Assembly: GCA_031262525.1 (NCBI GenBank)
Contig: JAISHM010000013.1
Span: 1 to 48,539, forward strand
DNA from: Rickettsiales bacterium
GTDB taxonomy: Bacteria; Pseudomonadota; Alphaproteobacteria; Rs-D84
Direction of reading: 5' to 3'
Length of the DNA: 48,539 nucleotides
The notes beneath the pieces are model-generated. The model was not told the DNA's origin and made no database searches. It saw only the letters and a program-made list of their open reading frames with translations. Positions 7,751 to 16,284 of this stretch are shown here, one piece after another (the stretch's first letter is position 1; each line of letters starts with the position of its first letter). The position numbers and the translations under genes are program-made.

Positions 7751-8971
7751 ATGGCACATCTTAACAGAACTATGAATCCAGTTATTGAAAAGGCATCAAA
7801 GGGATTTCGTGTTATCCTGCTGACTGGTCAGCGTCAAGTCGGAAAATCTACAATGTTGCGCGATATATCGCGTGGCACACCGCGTAAATATGTGTCTTTG
7901 GATGATTTAACCAACCGGACATTGGCGCAAAATGACCCAGAATTATTTTTATTACAAAACCCGCCACCTGTTATTATTGATGAAGTGCAATATGCGCCAA
8001 ACTTGTTCACGTATATCAAAATATATGCGGATGAAAACCCGACAAAAAAGGGTGCATTTTGGCTGACGGGTTCGCAAAAATATCGTTTAATGGCGGGTGT
8101 TCAAGAATCTTTGGCGGGGCGCATTGGGATTTATGATTTAATGGGGCTGTCATATCGCGAAAAAATCAAGAAACCCTTTTCTGGGAAACCTTTTATGCCG
8201 ACTATGGGTAAATCAACCGATATTGAAAAATTAACGCCATTGAATCTGTATAAACAAATTTGGATGGGCAGTATGCCAGAATTGGTGGTTGATAAAAATA
8301 TAGACCGCGACCGCTTTTATTCTTCGTATGTTCAATCATATATTGAACGTGATGTAAAGGATTTTTATAACATTGAAAAACCTATCCAATTTTTTCAATT
8401 TTTATCTGTCGTTGCTGCCCAAACGGGACAATTGTTAAACTATACATCTATTGCACGTGATGTTGGAATTGATGTAAAAACCGCGCAAACATGGATGGGA
8501 ATTTTAGAACAATCGGGCATAATATATCTGTTGCGTCCATATTCACCGAACATTACAAGTCGTATAATCAAAACGCCAAAGATGTATTTTTTAGACACGG
8601 GTTTGGCGGCATATTTGACCAAATGGCCAAATGCCGAAACTTTGATGAATGGCGCGATGGCAGGCGCCATACTGGAAACATACGCAGTTGGTGAAATATT
8701 GAAATCTTATTTTCATAATGGTAAAGAGCCGAGTCTGTGGTTATATCGTGACAAAAATCAAAATGAAATTGATGTTGTGATTGAAGAGTCAGGCACATTA
8801 TATCCGATTGAAATTAAAAAAACGGCAAATCCTGGACTGGGTGATTACAGCACTTTCAAAGAATTGAATAAATTACAGAAAAAAGTTGGGTTAGGCGCGG
8901 TGCTGTGTATGAAACCAGAACGGATACCATTATCCCGCGAAGTCGTATCAATCCCAATTTGGGAAATATAG
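7751..8971 (+). CDS. AAA ATPase (AAA_14 + DUF4143, COG1373-like) with a C-terminal PD-(D/E)xK-like motif
   Basis: Walker A LLTGQRQVGKST and Walker B VIIDEVQY. The C-terminus has EIDVVIEE...LYPIEIKK. The ATG at 7751 has an AAAGG RBS. The ORF track starts at a GTG (7742). Confidence 0.85.
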   Translation: MAHLNRTMNPVIEKASKGFRVILLTGQRQVGKSTMLRDISRGTPRKYVSLDDLTNRTLAQNDPELFLLQNPPPVIIDEVQYAPNLFTYIKIYADENPTKKGAFWLTGSQKYRLMAGVQESLAGRIGIYDLMGLSYREKIKKPFSGKPFMPTMGKSTDIEKLTPLNLYKQIWMGSMPELVVDKNIDRDRFYSSYVQSYIERDVKDFYNIEKPIQFFQFLSVVAAQTGQLLNYTSIARDVGIDVKTAQTWMGILEQSGIIYLLRPYSPNITSRIIKTPKMYFLDTGLAAYLTKWPNAETLMNGAMAGAILETYAVGEILKSYFHNGKEPSLWLYRDKNQNEIDVVIEESGTLYPIEIKKTANPGLGDYSTFKELNKLQKKVGLGAVLCMKPERIPLSREVVSIPIWEI

Positions 8972-8978
8972 ATCATAA

Positions 8979-9530
8979 ATGATAAACACGAATAATTTTA
9001 CATCTGAATATTCGCACGAAAATCGCACAGAGTTTCGTGATGGAAAATTACATTTAATTATGGATTGCACAGGTTTTATTGCGTGGAAATTGGGGCAAGA
9101 AAAACATCTGCATGCTTTGGTTGAAATTCGTAAAATAATCCGTGATTATGGGTTTATAAAAACAAACAGATTTTTTGCACAAGATTTTGAGAAATTATTT
9201 GAAAATCGTAATTCATTAAAATATTGGAAATTTATTTCTGTCAGCGAATTAAAAACAAACGATATATCTGTTATTCTTTTTCCCGATAAAAATGGTCATG
9301 CAATGATTGTTGATAAAATTATTTCTAAAACATTTGATAAAATTATATTACGAATATTGGATTCTACGAAATATTCACATAAAAATGATACCCGTGAAAA
9401 CAATACAACAGGTATCGGATTTGGAGAGATTGTTTTATTAGGAGAAAATGGATTTTATAATAAATACGATTCTGGTAATGAATTGCCGATACGCGATGCA
9501 AAGATATTTTTTATTAGGGCATTGAAATAA
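8979..9530 (+). CDS. hypothetical protein with a papain-fold (NlpC/P60-like) Cys/His signature
   Basis: 183 aa, starting 8 nt after the ATPase gene. DCTGFIAW (candidate nucleophile Cys) and NGHAMIVDK (candidate His) are in NlpC/P60-like order. Confidence 0.4.
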   Translation: MINTNNFTSEYSHENRTEFRDGKLHLIMDCTGFIAWKLGQEKHLHALVEIRKIIRDYGFIKTNRFFAQDFEKLFENRNSLKYWKFISVSELKTNDISVILFPDKNGHAMIVDKIISKTFDKIILRILDSTKYSHKNDTRENNTTGIGFGEIVLLGENGFYNKYDSGNELPIRDAKIFFIRALK

Positions 9531-9625
9531 GCAACTATCATTGCAATACAGCATAAAATGTGCGTTTTTGTAATCGGTTGTATCATAAATCCTGCGAATT
9601 CTTATGTCAGCAAGAACAAGAACAT

Positions 9626-9659
9626 GGATACGCGCAGACATAAAGTGGCGAGCGACATA
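9626..9659 (+). repeat. direct repeat copy 2 (candidate island junction)
   Basis: See copy 1. It is followed by CAGACATA, a word also present at 4749-4756. Confidence 0.7.
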
Positions 9660-9753
9660 TTACAGACATAAAGATAAAAATTAAATCAAAAATCCCGCAA
9701 AACTTAACAATTCCGCGGGTTTCGGATTTTACTTAAAATAATTTTTTATTTAC

Positions 9754-10317
9754 TTATTTTTTCCACTCGGATTTTAATTTACCAAAGATATTTATATCAG
9801 CGGGGATTTTATTTGCGCTGTGTCCGCCCTGGCGCATAATTCCGTCCAGATTATACCCCAATCTTTGTGCCACCGCCGCGCTTTTTACATTTTCTGTTTC
9901 ATTCCGAATAATAATCCGATGAATTTCATATTCATCATTTCCAAATAATTCGTTTTCCAGTATTTTAACCGCGCGCGTCATAATACCACGACCATAAAAA
10001 TTCGAATCTATCCAGTATCCAATTTCTCCCTCGTTAAACCTGGGCATTCTTTCACGGACTTTTACCAAGCCCACCGAACCACAGAATTTACCATCAACAA
10101 AAATCCAATAATGCGGTTTTTTATTTTTCTCCAGACCATACAAATACACAAATTCATCTCCCGCGTTTTGCATACCATCAACCCAAGGCAACCATTTTTC
10201 TAATTTTGCACGATTGCGTTCAATCACATCAAAAATCATTTCGGCATTTGCGAAAGTTGCAGGAATTCGTCGCAGTTCTATATTTCCATCCGATAATTTT
10301 TCTGGTAATTCTTTCAT
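9754..10317 (-). CDS. GNAT N-acetyltransferase (RimJ/RimL-like)
   Basis: 187 aa. IELRRIPATFANAEMIFDVIERNRAKLEKWLPWV and ...GRGIMTRAVKILENELF fit the acetyl-CoA binding pattern. The start lies 4 nt after the ileS stop. Confidence 0.8.
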   Translation of the reverse strand: MKELPEKLSDGNIELRRIPATFANAEMIFDVIERNRAKLEKWLPWVDGMQNAGDEFVYLYGLEKNKKPHYWIFVDGKFCGSVGLVKVRERMPRFNEGEIGYWIDSNFYGRGIMTRAVKILENELFGNDEYEIHRIIIRNETENVKSAAVAQRLGYNLDGIMRQGGHSANKIPADINIFGKLKSEWKK

Positions 10318-10320
10318 TTT

Positions 10321-13300
10321 TTATACCCTTGTAATTGTTATTCCGAATTTATGATTTTCTATTTCTGTTGTATATTCCGGCGCGTCCGTTGTTGCCCACT
10401 CTGTTGCCAGTGTATCCGCCATAATCCGCGCGCGATGTGCATCCAGCGCAACCAACATCTCCGCATCCCCAGCAATCGCCAATTTTATTCTGTCAGATAC
10501 ATCCAAACCCGCCGCTTTACGCGAATCCTGAATAAAACGCAATGCATCATTTGCCAGCCCTTCGGCGGATAATTCTGGTGTGATATTTGTATCCAACACA
10601 ACAACCGCGGTATTATCCGGCAATGCCGCACCCGTTACATCATCACGAACATTCAAGCGCACCTCGAACTCGTCCGGTAACAATCCAAAGTCGTCTGGGT
10701 TAAAGCCTGGTTGCTTGCTGGCCGTTATTATTTCTTTTAATTTTGCACCCAGACGCGACCCAATTTTTGGCGTGATTAAATACACAAACAAATCTGCGTA
10801 TTTTTGCATATCGGCATCCGTATCAACATTTTTAGTGTTTAATTCTTCCCGAACAATACCCCAAAATTCTGGTCCCAGTTGATTGATAGTATTATTTAAT
10901 ACGATAGTTATTTTATTTATTGGCAACCGATTACGCAATTTATATTTTTCGCGCAATTGTTTTCCAACAGACACAACCTTTTGTATTTGTCGCATATTTA
11001 ACAACAAGAAGCCATCGTTATTATCATTTGCCATTGGGAACTTTTCCAGATGCACACTATCTGCGCCTGTTAAATTTTTGTAAATATAATCGGCTATGAA
11101 CGGCGCAAATGGCGACAACAATTTACAAAACTGGGTCAGCACAAAATACAAAGTATCAAATGCGCCCTGCTCTTCATCCCAAAAACGCGAACGATTCAGA
11201 CGAATATACCAATTGTTCAGAATATCCAAAAATTTTACAAACGCTTTTACCGCGATATCAGGCTGGTAATTATTTAACGCATCTGTGGTTGTTTTTGTTA
11301 AATCATTTAATTCTGCCGCAATATATTTATCCAGGATATTATTACTGACACTGATATTAGCAGTGATATTTCCCGCATTCGCATAAAGCGTAAAGAAATG
11401 ATACGCGTTCCATAATGGGGTTAAAATAGATTTTGTTGTTTCCGCGAAAACCTTACCTTCTTTATCAACCGACACGGGTTCGGCCTTCATAAAATTACTG
11501 CCCAGAATAAATAGGCGTATCGCGTCTGCACCACATTGTTCAATTTGTTTATCAGGCACTACATAATTTTTTAATGATTTAGAAAACTTCTTTTTGTTTT
11601 CATCAACAATCATACCATTGGCGGATACCACGCGAAACGCAGGTTTATCAAAAATAGCCGTTGATAAAACCATCAGTGCATAAAACCAACCACGTGTTTG
11701 GTCTTGACCCTCGATAATATAATCCGCTGGAAAGTTCGCGGGCAATCCATCATCCGTGTATGGATTAAATCCAATTGACGCCCACGGCATAGAGCCACTT
11801 TCAACCCAGCAATCCAAAATATCCGGAATACGCGTCCAACCATCTTTTGTCAGCGCATCCAATGTCGGACGATGCAGGTCGGTTATATCTGTGTCAAAAA
11901 ACTCATTTAACTCTGCCACAGAACCAAAGATTTTATATTCGCCGTTCCGTTCCCAAATTGGCAGCGGCGTTCCCCAAAAACGATTTCTCGAAATCGCCCA
12001 AGGACGCGCGTTTTCAATCCACTTTGCAAAGCGTTCGCCCGCACTGGTCCAATTTACTTTTGCGTTATTCGCCAATAATTTATCGCGGAATTTTGGCACA
12101 TCTATAAACCAAGAATCCGTCGCACGCTGTATCAGTTTTTGCTTTGACCGGTCGCCAAAAGGATAATTGTGTTTATATTGTTCGCGCTTTACCAAATGCC
12201 CATTTGATTTCAACCATTCAATAATTTTTGGATTTGCTTCAAAGATATTTTCCCCCGCCCAATCGCGCACTGATTCATCAAAATTTCCATAATTATCAAC
12301 ATTTAATATAACTGGAAAATGTGGGTCAGAATTTTTCACCGCCCAAAAATCTTCCGCACCAAATGCGGGCGCAATATGAACAATCCCTGTCCCAGAATCG
12401 TCTGCAACATAATCCGCCGCAATAACCGAATATAATTTTTCATCCACATAATAATCAAAAATTGGCGTATATTTTAATCCAACCAATGTATCACCCAAAA
12501 TCGTTTCAACCCGTTCCATATCAGCAAATTGTTTTTCATACGCTGATAAACGACTTTCTGCGACTATGTAATCTTTGCCATCTGTATCGCGCATCACTGC
12601 ATATTTCATTTTTGGATTTACCGCCAGCGCACTATTCGCAGGTAATGTCCATGGCGTTGTCGTCCATGCCAACACGCGACGCCCGTCCAACAACTGGAAC
12701 CATACGGTTACGGCATCATCAGTTATGTCGCGGTAATCTTGGGAAGCCTCGCTATTAGAGACGATTGTCCCATTGACCCAATCAAACCAATTAACCGAGT
12801 AGTCTTTGTATAAATACCCATCCCCAAAAAGTTTCGCCAGTGTTCCAATTACACATTCCATATAACGGGTGTCCATTGTGCGATAGCCATAATCAGTGCC
12901 ACCATCAACCCAACGCCCCATACGTTCAATAAAAGACAACCACTCGTTGGTATAGGTCGTAACATCAACGCGACACATATCACAAAACGCGTCCATACCA
13001 GATTCTGCAACAATTGTTTTTGCCTGTTTCCCAGCCGCTTTTTCAACTGAATTTTCCGCCGGCAACCCGTGACAATCCCAACCAAGTTCGCGCACAACAT
13101 GACGCCCATTCATTGTATGAAAACGCGACACCATATCCTTGACCACAGACACCCCCAAATGCCCCCAGTGTGGCAACCCATTCGCAAAGGGGGGGCCATC
13201 ATAAAATGAGAATGGTGCGCCGTCCCGGGTCGCATTTAATGACCGATAAAAAGTATCGTTCGCGCGCCAAAACTCTAACATTTCATGTTCCAACGCTGTA

Positions 13301-13335
13301 AAATCAGGTTTTGTTGTTGTCGGTTTATAACTCAT
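10321..13335 (-). CDS. ileS: isoleucine--tRNA ligase, type 2 (eukaryote-like)
   Basis: HIGH-type PFANGLPHWGHLG, KMSKS-type KKFSKSLKN, and the type-2 N-terminus MSYKPTT..PDFTALEHEMLEFW. The ATG at 13335 has an AAGGG RBS. The ORF track extension to 13398 runs through a terminator hairpin. Confidence 0.95.
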   Translation of the reverse strand: MSYKPTTTKPDFTALEHEMLEFWRANDTFYRSLNATRDGAPFSFYDGPPFANGLPHWGHLGVSVVKDMVSRFHTMNGRHVVRELGWDCHGLPAENSVEKAAGKQAKTIVAESGMDAFCDMCRVDVTTYTNEWLSFIERMGRWVDGGTDYGYRTMDTRYMECVIGTLAKLFGDGYLYKDYSVNWFDWVNGTIVSNSEASQDYRDITDDAVTVWFQLLDGRRVLAWTTTPWTLPANSALAVNPKMKYAVMRDTDGKDYIVAESRLSAYEKQFADMERVETILGDTLVGLKYTPIFDYYVDEKLYSVIAADYVADDSGTGIVHIAPAFGAEDFWAVKNSDPHFPVILNVDNYGNFDESVRDWAGENIFEANPKIIEWLKSNGHLVKREQYKHNYPFGDRSKQKLIQRATDSWFIDVPKFRDKLLANNAKVNWTSAGERFAKWIENARPWAISRNRFWGTPLPIWERNGEYKIFGSVAELNEFFDTDITDLHRPTLDALTKDGWTRIPDILDCWVESGSMPWASIGFNPYTDDGLPANFPADYIIEGQDQTRGWFYALMVLSTAIFDKPAFRVVSANGMIVDENKKKFSKSLKNYVVPDKQIEQCGADAIRLFILGSNFMKAEPVSVDKEGKVFAETTKSILTPLWNAYHFFTLYANAGNITANISVSNNILDKYIAAELNDLTKTTTDALNNYQPDIAVKAFVKFLDILNNWYIRLNRSRFWDEEQGAFDTLYFVLTQFCKLLSPFAPFIADYIYKNLTGADSVHLEKFPMANDNNDGFLLLNMRQIQKVVSVGKQLREKYKLRNRLPINKITIVLNNTINQLGPEFWGIVREELNTKNVDTDADMQKYADLFVYLITPKIGSRLGAKLKEIITASKQPGFNPDDFGLLPDEFEVRLNVRDDVTGAALPDNTAVVVLDTNITPELSAEGLANDALRFIQDSRKAAGLDVSDRIKLAIAGDAEMLVALDAHRARIMADTLATEWATTDAPEYTTEIENHKFGITITRV

Positions 13336-13356
13336 TTTTTTACCCTTGTTTGATAT

Positions 13357-13377
13357 AAAAAAAGGGGCGTGCGCCCC
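13357..13377 (-). terminator. intrinsic terminator/attenuator in the ileS leader
   Basis: Minus strand reads GGGGC-GCAC-GCCCC followed by TTTTTTT, 22 nt upstream of the ileS ATG. Confidence 0.5.
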
Positions 13378-13408
13378 AGCAATAACGCCAAAGCGCATTA
13401 CCAGTTTT

Positions 13409-13438
13409 TTATATAATAATTATGTTATTTGTTTTCAT
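13409..13438 (-). CDS. candidate Ile-rich leader peptide MKTNNIIII
   Basis: Minus strand reads ATG AAA ACA AAT AAC ATA ATT ATT ATA TAA. It lies between a promoter-like site and the terminator in front of ileS. Confidence 0.4.
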   Translation of the reverse strand: MKTNNIIII

Positions 13439-13447
13439 ATCGCGTGT

Positions 13448-13476
13448 ATTTTATCCCGCGTCGGATAAAAAGTCAA
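13448..13476 (-). promoter_or_regulatory. sigma70-type promoter for the ileS leader
   Basis: Minus strand reads TTGACT (13476-13471), a 17-nt spacer, then TAAAAT (13453-13448). The leader ATG lies about 10 nt downstream. Confidence 0.45.
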
Positions 13477-13495
13477 TTAAATTATAAATAAAAAA

Positions 13496-13513
13496 ATCGG
13501 GGCGAACCCCGAT
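13496..13513 (-). terminator. bidirectional intrinsic terminator after csp
   Basis: ATCGGGG-CGAA-CCCCGAT flanked by an A-run and a T-run. Confidence 0.7.
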
Positions 13514-13517
13514 TTTT

Positions 13518-13865
13518 TTATTTATTACCCCAGAATTTCCAGCCTGGCTTTTTATCGCCATCACCACCTTGTCTGCGGTCGCCGCGCCGTTCGCCATCAA
13601 AAGAATTACGACGTTCGCGGAATTTTTTCGCGGATTCTTCATCGCGTTTAATCAGTTTTAATGTTGTAACTGACAATTTACCATTACGAACTTCTTCGTC
13701 AAATTCAACAATATCATTTTCGTTCAAGAAACGAATATCCGCTGCCTTTAACGCCGAAGAATGAACAAAAACATCATCTGTGTTGCCCGATTCATTTGCA
13801 GTATCCGGGGAAACAAACCCAAAACACTTTTTACCATTATACCATTTTACTTTACCTTGACGCAT
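13518..13865 (-). CDS. cold-shock domain protein with a basic Arg/Gly/Asp-rich C-terminal tail
   Basis: MRQGKVKWYNGKKCFGFVSPD...DVFVHSSAL carries CSD RNP1/RNP2-like motifs. The tail is RERRNSFDGERRGDRRQGGDGDKKPGWKFWGNK. The ATG at 13865 has an AAAGG RBS. Confidence 0.85.
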   Translation of the reverse strand: MRQGKVKWYNGKKCFGFVSPDTANESGNTDDVFVHSSALKAADIRFLNENDIVEFDEEVRNGKLSVTTLKLIKRDEESAKKFRERRNSFDGERRGDRRQGGDGDKKPGWKFWGNK

Positions 13866-14003
13866 ATTTTTAACCTTTGTTATGCTTGTTGGTGATTTGA
13901 CATCTGCCAAACCTGACCAGATTATGGACGAAGAATTATCATAAAGCAAGGAAATAAAATTCGGACTTGATTTTATTCATTTGATGTGTATAATTGCCGC
14001 GTT

Positions 14004-14079
14004 GCCGGATTAGCTCAGCTGGTAGAGCATCTGATTTGTAATCAGAGGGTCGTTGGTTCAAGTCCGACATCCGGCACCA
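14004..14079 (+). tRNA. tRNA-Thr (anticodon UGU)
   Basis: 76-nt cloverleaf. Acceptor GCCGGAT/ATCCGGC, anticodon arm TCTGA-TTTGTAA-TCAGA, T loop TTCAAGT, encoded CCA. Confidence 0.9.
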
Positions 14080-14116
14080 TTTCTATATTTATTTTATAAC
14101 CCAAGGGAAAGAACCT

Positions 14117-15352
14117 ATGTATATTTTGGCATTAAATTGTGGCAGCAGTTCATTAAAATATTCGGTATATGATGTGGATTCCGCGTCTGTGTTGGTCAGT
14201 GGTTTGGTGGAAAAAGTCGGCAGTGAAAACTCGTTTTTAACCCAAAAATATCCAGATGGAACGAAACAACGCAAAGATGTCGCAATGAGAAATCACGATG
14301 ATGCCCTGACCGAGGTTATAAATATGTTGCGTGATGCGTCCATAGATTTAACCCAGATTCAGGGGGTCGGTCATCGCGTGGTTTTGGGCGGCGAAAAATT
14401 CAAATCCAGTGTTGAAATAAATGATGAGGTTATAAAAACTATTGACGAGTTGTCCGCAATTGTGCCATTGCATAACCCAGCGGGCTTGGCGGGGATTATT
14501 GCGGCAAAACAATTATTACCAATGGCGACCCAGGTTGCGGTCTTTGACACAGCGTTCTTTTCCACGATGCCGGATTATGCGTATCGCTATGCTGTGCCGA
14601 ATGCGTGGTATAAAGAACTGGGGGTGCGTAAATACGGGTTCCATGGGACATCGCATTTATATGTATCAAAGCGCGCGGCAAAAATGTTGGGTAAAGACGC
14701 ACCGAATTTAATTACTATGCACATTGGCAGTGGGGCGTCTGCGGCGGCAATTCGCGGGGGCGTTGCGGTTGATACTTCGTTGGGAATGACGCCATTATCA
14801 GGTTTAACAATGGGAACACGTCCAGGGGATATTGACCCAGGTGTGATTATTTATGTGCAACAGCAGTTGGGTCTGTCTGCGGATATGGTGCAAAAAATTC
14901 TGAACAAAGAATCGGGGCATTTGGGACTGACCGAATGTTTTGCAGACCGCCGCGACCTGGAAGAAAATCGTTCAACAAATCCAGATTGCCAATTAGCCCT
15001 GGATATCGAGGCAAATAACGCAAAAAAATACATTGGTGCGTACCTGGCGGAATTGGGACACACGGACGCGATTGTCTTTACAGCGGGCGTTGGTGAAAAC
15101 GATGACTATCTGCGTGAAAAGATTTGCAGTGGATTGGAAGAATTGGGTATAAAACTGGATGCTGATAAAAATGCGGCGGGCCTGGCGCGTAAAAACGCGG
15201 GAGAGGTTGAAATTTCCACCGATGACAGCCGCGTAAAAATCTTGATGATTCCAACCAACGAAGAACAGGTTATTATCGAAGATACAATTGCAATTATGAA
15301 CGGGTCATATAATCCCGACCATATGAAAATGGAATATAGTTTCGCGAAATAA
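14117..15352 (+). CDS. ackA: acetate kinase
   Basis: MYILALNCGSSSLKYSVYD, HRVVLGGEKF, GFHGTSH and the IPTNEE motif. No pta gene is adjacent. Confidence 0.92.
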   Translation: MYILALNCGSSSLKYSVYDVDSASVLVSGLVEKVGSENSFLTQKYPDGTKQRKDVAMRNHDDALTEVINMLRDASIDLTQIQGVGHRVVLGGEKFKSSVEINDEVIKTIDELSAIVPLHNPAGLAGIIAAKQLLPMATQVAVFDTAFFSTMPDYAYRYAVPNAWYKELGVRKYGFHGTSHLYVSKRAAKMLGKDAPNLITMHIGSGASAAAIRGGVAVDTSLGMTPLSGLTMGTRPGDIDPGVIIYVQQQLGLSADMVQKILNKESGHLGLTECFADRRDLEENRSTNPDCQLALDIEANNAKKYIGAYLAELGHTDAIVFTAGVGENDDYLREKICSGLEELGIKLDADKNAAGLARKNAGEVEISTDDSRVKILMIPTNEEQVIIEDTIAIMNGSYNPDHMKMEYSFAK

Positions 15353-15353
15353 T

Positions 15354-16283
15354 ATGTCAGACGATAGTGATAGTATATATTACCAGCAATACCAGGAAAA
15401 GGTAGATTTAACGCCTGATGTGCGTTTATGGGTATGTTTTGCAAATTTAGAAAAACCAGTCCGCGGAACAATTATAAATATACACGGTTTATTCGGCAGC
15501 CCGCTGGAACAGCGTCAAACAAATTTAATTGAACCACTGACCAAGCGCGGTTTTAATGTTGTATCACTGGAAACAATTCCGTTATCTTTGACGGCGGATT
15601 ATCATACAGATAAAAAAACTTATCTGGATATATTTCATAAAAGTTTGCGTGCCGGATTTTATTTTATATCGCAAAATTCGCGTTTATTTAACGTTCCACA
15701 TAAATTTATAAACGCACATTCAATAGCGTGTCGTGCCCTGGTAAATTTAATGTATGATGACAATCGCAACAAATTTGATTCATATAAAACAATTATTCTG
15801 AACAATCCTTATTTTGTTCCAACTAACGATTTATTAGAAAGCAGCAAGACCAACAAATGGGATAGAATAAAAAATATACGGTCAAATTTTTCATCGAAAA
15901 TTATGGGAACAGAATATAATTATAAAATATGTGCGAATGGGCTTTTGATTCCGCCAGCGGATAAAAAATTGCAAAATAAAACGCCAGAACAACTGGCCGA
16001 CGCGGTGATTAAAAACATATCAAACATTTATCCAAAACATCAAATTGTTGTTATCCAGGGGACTGGCGATGATAAGACATTAAAAATGAATATGAAAATA
16101 CTGCCCAAAAAAAATAAACAGATAAAAATTAAAACAATAAAAAAAGCAGACCATAATTTTTCTAATACATTACAACCACATCTGAAAAAAATTTTACCAC
16201 TGATAGACGATATTGACAGGGATAGTAAACCGGCAATAGAACAAATTATTGCGAAAATTTTGTATCGTGGGAAAAACAAATAA
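15354..16283 (+). CDS. alpha/beta-hydrolase-fold protein (putative)
   Basis: INIHGLFGS (oxyanion region), an atypical nucleophile elbow NAHSIAC, and late VIQGTGDD and KKADHNF as candidate Asp and His. AT-rich. Confidence 0.5.
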   Translation: MSDDSDSIYYQQYQEKVDLTPDVRLWVCFANLEKPVRGTIINIHGLFGSPLEQRQTNLIEPLTKRGFNVVSLETIPLSLTADYHTDKKTYLDIFHKSLRAGFYFISQNSRLFNVPHKFINAHSIACRALVNLMYDDNRNKFDSYKTIILNNPYFVPTNDLLESSKTNKWDRIKNIRSNFSSKIMGTEYNYKICANGLLIPPADKKLQNKTPEQLADAVIKNISNIYPKHQIVVIQGTGDDKTLKMNMKILPKKNKQIKIKTIKKADHNFSNTLQPHLKKILPLIDDIDRDSKPAIEQIIAKILYRGKNK

Positions 16284-16284
16284 A

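Larger units (their letters stand above)
1..9659. mobile_element. integrase-associated genomic island (left end outside the window). It appears composite: an integrase module (1-4858) plus a 4.8-kb cargo module bounded by direct repeats.
   Basis: Tyrosine integrase, two AlpA/Xis-like HTH genes, Bro-N and KilA-N genes and an iteron-like array. Near-identical 33-34 bp direct repeats lie at 4826-4858 and 9626-9659. Core genes (GNAT, ileS) start right after the second repeat. Confidence 0.55.

Noticed and set aside
13336-13398. N-terminal extension of ileS given by the ORF track (start at 13398)
   Set aside because: The extension (MRFGVIAGAHAPFFISNKGKK) would be translated through the GGGGC/GCCCC terminator hairpin and its T-run. 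The ATG at 13335 has a proper RBS and yields the conserved type-2 IleRS N-terminus.
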